Origin: a virus
Lineage: Duplodnaviria; Caudoviricetes
IMG/VR virus record: IMGVR_UViG_3300002220_000189
Location: 1-64,000 of that record
Direction: 5' to 3' (one strand)
Length of the DNA stretch: 64,000 nt
The notes below the pieces were generated by a model. The model was not told the origin of the DNA. It ran no database searches and saw only the letters and a list, made by a program, of their open reading frames with translations. The translations under genes were made by a program, and so were the position numbers. The number at the start of each line of letters is the position of its first letter. The first letter of the stretch is position 1. Shown one piece after another: positions 38,093-47,212 of this stretch.

Positions 38093-40157
38093 AGGTGATT
38101 GTTTAGACATAATGCTGACGTTAGAAGCTAATTCAGTAGATTCGATAGTAACAGATCCGCCTGCTGGTATATCATTTATGGGAAAAGAATGGGATAAAAA
38201 TAAAGGTGGTAGAGATAACTGGATTAAGTGGATGGAAGAAATTGCAATAGAATGCTTACGGGTTATCAAACCTGGAGGGCATGCTCTTGTATGGTCTATT
38301 CCAAGAACTTCTCATTGGACAGCAACGGCATGGGAGAATGCAGGATGGGAACCAAGAGATAAAATATATCATTGCTTTGGAACAGGATTTCCTAAATCGT
38401 TAGATATAAGTAAAAATCTGGATTCATTTGCTAAAAAAAGATGGTTTGATATAAATAAAGGTATAGATAATTTAGATAAAGGAGCTATACTTGAATTATG
38501 GAAAAGAGACTTAAACAATGTGAAATTTGTGGAGCAATTATTTCCAAAGAATATAATAGAAACTGGAATGAGTATAGAAAAAAACGATTTTGTTCAAGAA
38601 AATGTTCTGCTCAAAATCAATATAAAAAAATATTATGTAGATGCGATAATTGCGGAATTGAATTTTATAGATCAAAATCACATACAACAGGAAAAAAATC
38701 AATATATTGTTCAAGAGAATGCAGAAGTAAACATAAAACAATTACAAAACAATGTGAAATTTGCGGTAAAATTGTTACCAAACCTATATCAAATACTATT
38801 GAAAGCAAACATTTTTACTGTGGAATACAATGTTCAGGATTTGCTAAACGAAAACACAATTATACAGAAGAAAGTAGAAAAACACCTGAAAACTATATAT
38901 GGCGAACCACAATTATTAAACAATCAAACAATACTTGTATTATGTGCGGAGATAATAGAAGACTTGAAGTTCATCATATTAAACCTTTCTCCGTATTTCC
39001 AGAATTTAGATATGACATCTCAAATGGAATGTGTGTCTGCCACCGATGTCATTATTACAGAATACATGATGGAAAACCTAATTTTAAACATGGTAAATAT
39101 TCTAAAAAATAATGCTCTTATCAAATCTAAAGGTGCTGAAAGAAAAATCGTAGGAAAGATAACTGAAGGTAGAGCAGCAACACCTAGACAAGATATAAGA
39201 GGCGGGAAGTTTCATGCCTGTTCTGAGGGTGATACAAGAGGTTATGATGGAAGTAATATAACAGCACCATCAACAGAAGAAGCCAAACAATGGGATGGAT
39301 GGGGGACAGCACTAAAGCCAGCAGTAGAAGAATGGTGGTTATTTCGTAAACCATTAAGAGGAACAGTTGTAGAAAATGTTTTAGAACATGGTATTGGCGG
39401 ACTGAATATAGATGGTTGTAGGGTGGAAACAGCTCCTGATGATATACCTGGTTGGCATAAATCTGGAGCAAAAGGATCAGATGGTTACATGAATACAGAT
39501 ACGTTCAAAATTCGGAACATGACAGCAGAAGAAATACAGGAACGATGTGGCGGAAAAGGTCGTTGGCCAGCCAATCTTATCCATGATGGTAGTAATGAAG
39601 TGGTAGGGTTGTTCCCAAATACTGGTAAATCTGCTGGTGGTAAATCAGGACACACAGCCGCATATTGCGGTGGTTATAAAGAAGAATATTACGGTGATTT
39701 GAAGCCCGGCTATGGTGATAATGGTTCTGCTGCCCGTTTTTTCTATTGTGCAAAAGCATCAAGAGAAGAAAGAGAAGCTGGATGTGAGAATTTACCCGGA
39801 AGAAAAATGGATGAGAGTAGAAAAGAAGGTAATCCCGGAGGTGATAATCCAAGAAATAGAGGAGTTACCGAATATAAAAATCATCACCCGACTGTCAAAT
39901 CCTTAGAACTTATGCGATATTTATGTAAATTAATAACGCCTCCAAAAGGGATTGTTCTTGATCCGTTTATGGGTAGTGGAACAACAGGTATTGCTTGTAA
40001 ATTAGAAGGTTTTGATTTTATTGGAATTGATTTAGATCCAGAAAATGTTTCAATAGCAGAAGCTAGAATAAACCATTGGGAACATGTTATGGAAAAGAAA
40101 AAGAAAAAGAAAATAAAAAATAAAAAAGAAGTAGAAAATCCATTTTTGAAAGGGTGA
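38049..40157 (+). CDS. N4/N6 DNA methyltransferase (beta class; likely start 38082) with ~233-aa in-frame insertion
   Basis: GDC, TDPPA, GFPKS, GWGTALKP, GRWPAN, RFFYCAKAS, HPTVK, LDPFMGSGTTG. Confidence 0.88.
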   Translation: MKCKSIGILENMLYEGDCLDIMLTLEANSVDSIVTDPPAGISFMGKEWDKNKGGRDNWIKWMEEIAIECLRVIKPGGHALVWSIPRTSHWTATAWENAGWEPRDKIYHCFGTGFPKSLDISKNLDSFAKKRWFDINKGIDNLDKGAILELWKRDLNNVKFVEQLFPKNIIETGMSIEKNDFVQENVLLKINIKKYYVDAIIAELNFIDQNHIQQEKNQYIVQENAEVNIKQLQNNVKFAVKLLPNLYQILLKANIFTVEYNVQDLLNENTIIQKKVEKHLKTIYGEPQLLNNQTILVLCAEIIEDLKFIILNLSPYFQNLDMTSQMECVSATDVIITEYMMENLILNMVNILKNNALIKSKGAERKIVGKITEGRAATPRQDIRGGKFHACSEGDTRGYDGSNITAPSTEEAKQWDGWGTALKPAVEEWWLFRKPLRGTVVENVLEHGIGGLNIDGCRVETAPDDIPGWHKSGAKGSDGYMNTDTFKIRNMTAEEIQERCGGKGRWPANLIHDGSNEVVGLFPNTGKSAGGKSGHTAAYCGGYKEEYYGDLKPGYGDNGSAARFFYCAKASREEREAGCENLPGRKMDESRKEGNPGGDNPRNRGVTEYKNHHPTVKSLELMRYLCKLITPPKGIVLDPFMGSGTTGIACKLEGFDFIGIDLDPENVSIAEARINHWEHVMEKKKKKKIKNKKEVENPFLKG
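38498..39112 (+). CDS. Zinc-finger HNH endonuclease nested in the +2 frame of the methyltransferase
   Basis: Three CxxC...(F/Y)CxxxC fingers plus CIMCG...VHHIKP...NGMCVCHRCH; upstream AAGGAG. Confidence 0.85.
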   Translation: MEKRLKQCEICGAIISKEYNRNWNEYRKKRFCSRKCSAQNQYKKILCRCDNCGIEFYRSKSHTTGKKSIYCSRECRSKHKTITKQCEICGKIVTKPISNTIESKHFYCGIQCSGFAKRKHNYTEESRKTPENYIWRTTIIKQSNNTCIMCGDNRRLEVHHIKPFSVFPEFRYDISNGMCVCHRCHYYRIHDGKPNFKHGKYSKK

Positions 40158-40162
40158 AAAAT

Positions 40163-40659
40163 ATGGAAAAATTAAAATTTAGAGTATGGGATGAAAATGA
40201 TAAAAAGTTGTTATATTTCAATGGCATTTTTAATGTGCATCCATATACAGAATATTCTGCACAATATGAAAGTATTAAAAATACCATGAAATAAAAATCT
40301 CACAATTTATTTGCCAATATGATAAAAATAATAGAGAAATATATGAAGATGATATTATTAGAGAATGCGTTGTTGATGAAGTAATATGGGATGGTGATGG
40401 TATTGTTGAAGAATGTCCTATTGGTATAGTTTATTGGAATGAAGTAGGAGTATATTATAATATAAGACAGATAAAGAAGGGTAGAGTTAGATTGGATAAA
40501 ACATCTCATATGAGAAAACACTATCCTGATGGTTATTGTTCGTTGAATTTATCAAGATATGATGGTCAATTTTTATGGTGGAGTAGAACGCTTAACATTG
40601 AAGTTATTGGGAATGGACTTGAAAATCCCGAATTATTAGAGGAAGCATGGAAAAATTAA
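40163..40659 (+). pseudogene. YopX-family protein, frameshifted at an A5 run (~40277-81)
   Basis: MEKLKFRVWD... then ...QF...DKNNREIYEDDI...EVIGN..ENPELLE in the other frame. Confidence 0.75.
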
Positions 40660-41318
40660 AGGTAGTGTCACTTATACCAGCACGAGGCAATTCAAAGTCT
40701 ATACTAAAGAAGAATTTATATCCTCTTAATGGAATTCCTTTAATTGATTTTACACTTAAAGCATCAACTATGTCAATAGTAGATGAAACATGGGTTAGTA
40801 CTGATGATATTGAAATTGCCGAACATTGTGAAAATTTTGAATATTTTGATGCTCCTGTAAATGTTTTGATGAGACCAGATTATTTAGCAACGGATGATGC
40901 GACAACAGAAAGTGTTATGAAACATTTTACGGAAAATGTTGAGTATGATATAATTGTTCTGATACAGGCAACATCACCAATGATAACACATAGAGATATC
41001 AATAATGGATTAGAGATACTTCTCGTTTATAACTATGATAGTGTATTTTCTGTCGCAGAAGCATCTGATATGTTGATTTGGGATAAGGAAACAAAAAAAC
41101 CACTCAATTATGATCCATTTGATAGAGGAAACAGACAAAGTAGAAATAATAACATAGTAATTGAAACAGGCGGATTTTATATAACACACAGAAGACAATT
41201 TATAGAAACGGAATGTAGAATGTCGGGTTCGATTGGATTTGTGAAAATTCCATTTTGGAAAATGTTTGAAGTTGATGATATTGAAGATGCTAAAATGATA
41301 GAAAAACTTATGAAATAA
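40647..41318 (+). CDS. neuA: CMP-N-acylneuraminate (nonulosonate) cytidylyltransferase
   Basis: IPARGNSKSILKKN, VSTDD, RP..LA.D, QATSP, ETGGFY, EVDDIED. Confidence 0.9.
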   Translation: MEKLKVVSLIPARGNSKSILKKNLYPLNGIPLIDFTLKASTMSIVDETWVSTDDIEIAEHCENFEYFDAPVNVLMRPDYLATDDATTESVMKHFTENVEYDIIVLIQATSPMITHRDINNGLEILLVYNYDSVFSVAEASDMLIWDKETKKPLNYDPFDRGNRQSRNNNIVIETGGFYITHRRQFIETECRMSGSIGFVKIPFWKMFEVDDIEDAKMIEKLMK

Positions 41319-41323
41319 AATAC

Positions 41324-41390
41324 TTGACATTTTATATATTTTATAGTACAATTACTTATACATGAAATTTTACAAATGTTTTTATAAATA
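41324..41390 (+). promoter_or_regulatory. sigma70 promoter plus late promoter
   Basis: TTGACA-N17-TACAAT (41324-41352); TATAAATA (41383). Confidence 0.65.
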
Positions 41391-41420
41391 CCTATGATAC
41401 CAAATTCATGAGAATCAATT

Positions 41421-42215
41421 ATGAAGATAAAATTAGGAATATATCATGAAATGTTTTCTAAAATAGATAAACCGGGAGTTTATCTTATCATAAATACTAA
41501 AAACAATAAATATTATGTAGGTAGTTCAGTAAATATATCAAAAAGATGGATAAATCACCAAAGATGTTTGAAATTAGGAATACATAAAAATCCTATATTA
41601 CAAAATTCATATAATAAATATGGTTCGGATTCTTTTGTTTTTATTATATTACAAAAAACTAACTGTATTAAAAGTGAAATACTATCATATGAACAATTTT
41701 GGTTAGATATGTTATTTGATATATGTCCAGAATGTCTTTACAATATATGTAAATCAGCAACATCTACTTTAGGTCGTACATTATCAAAAGAAACTAAAGA
41801 GAAAATAAGTAAATCTCATAAAGGTAAAAAACTTTCTTATGAAACCAGAAAAAAGATGTGTGAAAGTCATAAAGGTAATAATAATGGAATGTATGGAAAA
41901 AAACATACAGAAGAAACTAAAATAATTCAATCACAACATAAAAGGGGAATGTATAATGGTGATAACAATCCTTTTTATGGGAAAAAACATACTGATAAAA
42001 CAAAGAAAATAATCGGGAATAAAAATAGAGGTAAGATAAGTAGTAGAAGACTATTGAATATTGAGCAGGTATTAGAAATAAAAAAAATTATCCAGCAAAA
42101 ACCTCATAATATTATGTGGAAAGATTATTATTGTGAAATAGGAAAACAATATAATGTTAGTTCAAATTATATTCATAAAATAAAGAAAGGACAGAAATAT
42201 GGTAACGAGTATTGA
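41421..42215 (+). CDS. GIY-YIG homing endonuclease (I-TevI-like, NUMOD3)
   Basis: GVYLIIN..YYVGSS, LQNSYNKYG, MYGKKHTEETK, NPFYGKKH. Confidence 0.9.
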   Translation: MKIKLGIYHEMFSKIDKPGVYLIINTKNNKYYVGSSVNISKRWINHQRCLKLGIHKNPILQNSYNKYGSDSFVFIILQKTNCIKSEILSYEQFWLDMLFDICPECLYNICKSATSTLGRTLSKETKEKISKSHKGKKLSYETRKKMCESHKGNNNGMYGKKHTEETKIIQSQHKRGMYNGDNNPFYGKKHTDKTKKIIGNKNRGKISSRRLLNIEQVLEIKKIIQQKPHNIMWKDYYCEIGKQYNVSSNYIHKIKKGQKYGNEY

Positions 42216-43194
42216 AAATAACATAAAAATAATCAGAACTAATAGTTACGAAATCAAATTTAATATGCTAACTGGTGTAGAAATAACACAGGGTATTAAT
42301 GGATATAATGATCCTCGTGTATTAGAAATGTGTTCACTCATAGATATTGGTGTAATGGGACATTGTAATAATAGATGTAATTTTTGCTATCAGGGAGATA
42401 TACAGCAACCAAATATGAAACTTCAAGATTATAAAAAAATAATTTTAGAATCAAAAAATTCTGTTATGCAAGTGGCATTAGGTGGTAGAGGAAATCCTGA
42501 TGAACATGAAAATTTTTATGAATTATTAGCATTTGCAAGACAGAATAATATTATTCCTAATTATACAACAGCTGGTAATACTATGACTAAAGAAAAAGCT
42601 GAATTGTCAAAAATGACCGGAGCAACCGCTGTAAGTGATTATAATGAAAATTTTACATATAATGCCATAAATCTTCTTATGGCTGCCGGTGTAAAAACTA
42701 ATATTCATACTATTGTTTCAAAACAGTCAATGGATCGTATATTGAAAATATTAGATGGTGAAGATGTTTGGGGTGGTAGAGTAGATATTTCTAAATTAAA
42801 TGCTGTTATTTTTCTTTTATTCAAACCACAAGGAAGAGGAAAGCAGTATCCAGAATGGGCACCAACTAATGAGCAGATAAAAGATTTCATCAAACTTATG
42901 AGAAATCCAAAATGTGAGTTCAAAATAGGACTTGATTCTTGCATGGTGTGCCGTATTTCACAATTAGATAATCTTTCAGAACAAGAAAAAATGTTTATTG
43001 ACACTTGTGAAGCATCAAGAATGAGTATGTATATTACACCAAATATGATTGCTAAACCATGTTCATTTGGAGATGATTCATATGGTATTAATTTAAAAAA
43101 TATTTCTATAGAATATGCATGGAATTCATTAAATTTTAATATTATAAGAAGTAAGTTATTATTTAATCCTACTAAATGCCCATTTGGATTATAA
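42199..43194 (+). CDS. Radical SAM protein
   Basis: CNNRCNFCYQ, QVALGG, NYTT, CEASRMSMYI. Confidence 0.85.
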   Translation: MVTSIENNIKIIRTNSYEIKFNMLTGVEITQGINGYNDPRVLEMCSLIDIGVMGHCNNRCNFCYQGDIQQPNMKLQDYKKIILESKNSVMQVALGGRGNPDEHENFYELLAFARQNNIIPNYTTAGNTMTKEKAELSKMTGATAVSDYNENFTYNAINLLMAAGVKTNIHTIVSKQSMDRILKILDGEDVWGGRVDISKLNAVIFLLFKPQGRGKQYPEWAPTNEQIKDFIKLMRNPKCEFKIGLDSCMVCRISQLDNLSEQEKMFIDTCEASRMSMYITPNMIAKPCSFGDDSYGINLKNISIEYAWNSLNFNIIRSKLLFNPTKCPFGL

Positions 43195-43385
43195 GAAAGG
43201 AATATATTATGATGTGCAATTTATGTCGAAAAATATTAAAAAAAGGAACAAAATATATTATAAATAATGAAATGAAAATTTGTGAATTATGTATTAAAAT
43301 ATGCGTAAAAATTATAAATGATCCAAAAGAAAGTAATAAAAAAATAACATATCTTAATGAATATCGTGAACGGATTGGAATATGA
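43176..43385 (+). CDS. ClpX C4-zinc-finger-like small protein
   Basis: CNLC...ICELCIKIC..II. Confidence 0.5.
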   Translation: MPIWIIRKEYIMMCNLCRKILKKGTKYIINNEMKICELCIKICVKIINDPKESNKKITYLNEYRERIGI

Positions 43386-43558
43386 TAAAAGATGTTTGTT
43401 TTATATTAACATCATTGATAACAGTTTTATCTATTGGTATTATTTCAGTGAAATTAGAAATTTCTTTTGATGTGGGATTTTTCTTAACTATACTTGCTTG
43501 GTTATGGTTGCATTATAATTGGGAATATATATATTATGGGATATTTGGAGGAAAATAA
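43382..43558 (+). CDS. Small two-TM membrane protein (58 aa, not in ORF track)
   Basis: ATGA and TAATG coupling; hydrophobic. Confidence 0.5.
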   Translation: MIKDVCFILTSLITVLSIGIISVKLEISFDVGFFLTILAWLWLHYNWEYIYYGIFGGK

Positions 43559-43887
43559 TGAAAATAAAATGTGATTTTGTAACAAACAGTTCAAGTGCAT
43601 CATTTATTATGTATTTCAGAACAAATGATGATACGGTAGAAGAATTCGTTACCAGAATTGAAAAGCTCTTATCAGATATATCATACCATAGAAATTTTTC
43701 TAATGCAAGAATAGAAAGGGTAACTGAAGGAATATATAGAATGATAGATTGGACTTCAATGTATAATTATAATGATGATATGCCTAATTATATGAAGTCT
43801 ATTTTGGTTGAATATCATTTGAATAGATCAAATATTTTTAAAAATGGTATAAAAGAAATAATCTTTGAAATATCAGATGATTACTAA
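43558..43887 (+). CDS. MKIxxDFVTNSSS-family phage protein
   Basis: GGAGG RBS; MKIKCDFVTNSSSASF. Confidence 0.65.
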   Translation: MKIKCDFVTNSSSASFIMYFRTNDDTVEEFVTRIEKLLSDISYHRNFSNARIERVTEGIYRMIDWTSMYNYNDDMPNYMKSILVEYHLNRSNIFKNGIKEIIFEISDDY

Positions 43888-43899
43888 AAGGAATACAAT

Positions 43900-44094
43900 A
43901 TGACATTAGGTGAATTTAGAGAAAAAACTAAACATTATCCAGATGATACAGATATACAAGTCAATGGAAGTTGTTTTATCCATGTACTGTTTGAAGAATT
44001 TGTTTATTTTAAATGCCCTCCAACTACTTTTTTTGTGGAAGTACCTGGTAGATCTAATGCAACAAGGAAATTAAAAATAGAATCACTCAAATAA
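43900..44094 (+). CDS. Hypothetical protein
   Basis: AAGGA RBS. Confidence 0.5.
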   Translation: MTLGEFREKTKHYPDDTDIQVNGSCFIHVLFEEFVYFKCPPTTFFVEVPGRSNATRKLKIESLK

Positions 44095-44104
44095 GGAGAG
44101 AATA

Positions 44105-44320
44105 ATGAAAATTGTTATAGATGAAAGACCGTCATCAAATAATAATCCTAAGCCGTTTTTTGCTATACGTTTATATCCAGAAACGAATGAAGAAATGGGT
44201 AAGATGGAATGGGGATTATCTGTTATGAGTGATCCCTATCGTGTAGATAGAATATGTAATGGTAAAGGAGATACTACTTTTCATTATGCTATATTATTTA
44301 AAGAAATTATATGGAAATAA
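44105..44320 (+). CDS. Hypothetical protein
   Basis: AAGGAG RBS. Confidence 0.5.
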   Translation: MKIVIDERPSSNNNPKPFFAIRLYPETNEEMGKMEWGLSVMSDPYRVDRICNGKGDTTFHYAILFKEIIWK

Positions 44321-44371
44321 AAATAAAAAATAATATTTAAAAATAATCTTTACTTTTGGTCATTATCGTAT

Positions 44372-44408
44372 AAATAAAAGAGAATATACAATATATTCTC
44401 TTTTATTT
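44372..44408. terminator. Perfect 17-bp hairpin, bidirectional terminator-like, overlapping late promoter at 44369
   Basis: AAATAAAAGAGAATATA-CAA-TATATTCTCTTTTATTT. Confidence 0.65.
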
Positions 44409-44497
44409 TGTACAGTACAATTTTGTACATATTCTGTCCTCCGGACAACTGGTATATTATATCATATATTCGGAAATTGTAAATTAAAAATATTTGG

Positions 44498-45493
44498 ATG
44501 AATAATATGGAAAGACAAGTATGGTGGAATGGAAATTTTGTTCCAGAAAGTAATGCAAAAGTATCTATATATGATAGTGCTATGATGTTTGGTGATATAA
44601 TATTTACTATGATGCGAACATTTAATGGTAAAGTATTTCAGTTAGATAGACATATGGATAGATTATTTAATAATTTAAAATATATGTATCTTGATATACC
44701 ATATACTAAAAATCAAATAAAAGATGCTGTATATCAAACAATAGAAGTTAATAAACCTACAATGCAAGATGATGATGAACACAGAATATTAATAGATATT
44801 ACAAGAGGTTTATTATCAATATATCAAGATGTAGTAGGAGTAGAAAAAGGAATAAATGTAATTATCGCAGATTTTCCTTTACGATGGACTACAAAAGGAA
44901 TGAGTAAATATTATCAAGAAGGAATAAATGCTATTATACCATCACAAAGAACTATTCCTGCTAATCTATTAGAACCAAAAGTTAAAAATAGAAATCGTAT
45001 ACATTATCTTATGGCAAATATTGAAATATCACAACATAAAGGTAATAATAATTGGGCATTATTATTAGATAATGATGGTTATATAACAGAAGGAACAGGT
45101 GCTAATTTCTTTATAGTTACTAAAGAAAATGAGGTTGTAACACCAGAACCCAGAAATGTTCTTAGAGGAATTAGTAGAAATTATGTTATGGAAATATGTA
45201 GAAAACATGATATTAAATGTTATGAAAGAAATATTGAATTATATGATGTAGTTACCGCACAAGAAGCATTTTTTACAGGAACGCCATTTTGTTTACTACC
45301 TGTTGTTTCCATAAACGGCTTGCAGATCGGAGAAGGTATTCCATTAAAAAAAGATGGTATAACTAATAAAATATTAACATTTTGGAATTCTTATGTTGGT
45401 TTAAATATTAAAAATCAGATAGAATCTTGGGATAACGAACTAAATACTATTGGAAACTTTGTTTCGCCATATACATTTAATAAGGATAATTAA
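44498..45493 (+). CDS. Class IV PLP aminotransferase (IlvE/DAT-like)
   Basis: FGD..F...R, HMDRL, ITEGTGANFF, VLRGISR, EAFFTGT. Confidence 0.88.
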   Translation: MNNMERQVWWNGNFVPESNAKVSIYDSAMMFGDIIFTMMRTFNGKVFQLDRHMDRLFNNLKYMYLDIPYTKNQIKDAVYQTIEVNKPTMQDDDEHRILIDITRGLLSIYQDVVGVEKGINVIIADFPLRWTTKGMSKYYQEGINAIIPSQRTIPANLLEPKVKNRNRIHYLMANIEISQHKGNNNWALLLDNDGYITEGTGANFFIVTKENEVVTPEPRNVLRGISRNYVMEICRKHDIKCYERNIELYDVVTAQEAFFTGTPFCLLPVVSINGLQIGEGIPLKKDGITNKILTFWNSYVGLNIKNQIESWDNELNTIGNFVSPYTFNKDN

Positions 45494-46290
45494 TGAATTT
45501 TAATGAACAACCTATTGATATAGCAGTAACTTGCTATAATACGGGAAAATATATAGAAGAATGTATAGAAAGTATTATTTATCAAACTTATAAAAATTGG
45601 AATTTGATTATTGTTGATGATCATTCAAAAGATCAAACACTAAATATTATTAAATCAACAATTAAAAAATTTAAAATTTCTAAAAAATGTAAGTTATTTA
45701 CATTAAATGAAAATTGCGGATATGGGATGTCACTAAAAACTGCTATTGAAAAGGGTTCTAGTGACATTATTTTTATTGTAGATTCTGATGATATATTAGC
45801 AGAAAATATGGCATTTGAAAAAATGGTTAATGCTCATAAAAAATTCCCAAATGCTTCTTTAATATATAGTAATTATTATGAATGTACAAATACTACGAAT
45901 AAAAAATCTTTAATAAAATGTAGAGAACCACGATATGGTGAAACATATTTAGGAAAATTTTCAGGATATACATATTTGGGCTCGCATCTTACAATAAGTC
46001 ATTTGAAATCTTTTAAACGTAAATATTATAATATGACAGAAGGATTAAATCCGATGTTAAAGAAAGCAGTTGATAAGGATTTGATTTTAAAATTAGAAGA
46101 AGTTGGAGAATTAAAATATATTAACGAAGATTTATATATTCATAGAAAACATAATGATAGTATATCATCAAAATTTAAAAGTTTAAGGTTTATAGATCAA
46201 TTAAGAATTTTAGAAATGAAAACTTCTATGTATCTCAAAGCTAGAGATCGTAGAAGAAATAAGGTAAAAAATGAAGATATTATTGGATAA
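45493..46290 (+). CDS. GT2 glycosyltransferase
   Basis: YNTGKYI, VDDHSKD, VDSDD. Confidence 0.88.
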   Translation: MNFNEQPIDIAVTCYNTGKYIEECIESIIYQTYKNWNLIIVDDHSKDQTLNIIKSTIKKFKISKKCKLFTLNENCGYGMSLKTAIEKGSSDIIFIVDSDDILAENMAFEKMVNAHKKFPNASLIYSNYYECTNTTNKKSLIKCREPRYGETYLGKFSGYTYLGSHLTISHLKSFKRKYYNMTEGLNPMLKKAVDKDLILKLEEVGELKYINEDLYIHRKHNDSISSKFKSLRFIDQLRILEMKTSMYLKARDRRRNKVKNEDIIG

Positions 46291-47212
46291 TGCTCTCGGA
46301 CATATAGCAATTACAAGGATGCTACCATATTGGAAAAAGAACCATCATAATATAACAACAAATGCTAATGATAAGCCAAATATTCAATTATCTTTTGTAA
46401 GATTTGGTATTCATACTAATTTACCAAAAATTCTTCGCTTAGATGGTATTTATTATGATTCTGCTACCGATTACAATAATAGGAATTTAGCAATAAGTAA
46501 TGGTCATCAGATTGCCGATGGTATAATATATCAAAGCATACATTCCTCTATGATGTGTGGAAAATATTTAGGAAAGAAAAAGAATTTAGTAAGTACTAAA
46601 ATTATTTATAATGGTATTGATCCTAATTGGTGTGGATCACCTATAGAACATGATGGTATAAACATTGCAGTTGCTAATAAATGGAGACGCCATAAAAGAT
46701 TGAAGGAGACTATTGAATTATTTATTGAATTTTTGAAAATAAAGCCAAATTCGATGTTACATATTTTTGGTAGATTACATGATAATATTGAGATCAAACA
46801 TCCTAAAATCAAATATTACGGTCAAGTTGAAAGAGAAAAATTGATTGACATATATAGAAAAACAGATTTTACGCTACATTTATCTAAAAGAGATAGTTGT
46901 CCTAATAGTGTAGTAGAATATATAGGTGCAGGAATTCCTGTTATTACAACAAATAATTGCGGCGGTGCAACAGAAATGTGCAAACTCACAGAAGGTTGTA
47001 TTATAATTGATAATGACGGGGATTATAATAATCTTGATCCGGTTTCACATTATCAAGAATCATGGAATATATTACCTAAAAATGTGAAAAATGATATACT
47101 GGATGCTATGATATTATTAGCAAATGAAAAAAGAAGGGTTCAAATACCTAAAGAATTGACCGCCGAGTGTATGGCAAATGAATATATAAAATATATGGAG
47201 GATGTTATATAA
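46271..47212 (+). CDS. GT4 glycosyltransferase
   Basis: LRLDG, IYNGID, HKR, DSCPNSVVE. Confidence 0.85.
   Translation: MKILLDNALGHIAITRMLPYWKKNHHNITTNANDKPNIQLSFVRFGIHTNLPKILRLDGIYYDSATDYNNRNLAISNGHQIADGIIYQSIHSSMMCGKYLGKKKNLVSTKIIYNGIDPNWCGSPIEHDGINIAVANKWRRHKRLKETIELFIEFLKIKPNSMLHIFGRLHDNIEIKHPKIKYYGQVEREKLIDIYRKTDFTLHLSKRDSCPNSVVEYIGAGIPVITTNNCGGATEMCKLTEGCIIIDNDGDYNNLDPVSHYQESWNILPKNVKNDILDAMILLANEKRRVQIPKELTAECMANEYIKYMEDVI

Noticed and set aside
38424-39122. Group I intron or intein in the methyltransferase
   Set aside because: No Cys/Ser start or HN end, and too little non-HNH flanking sequence for a ribozyme core; not fully excluded without RT-PCR
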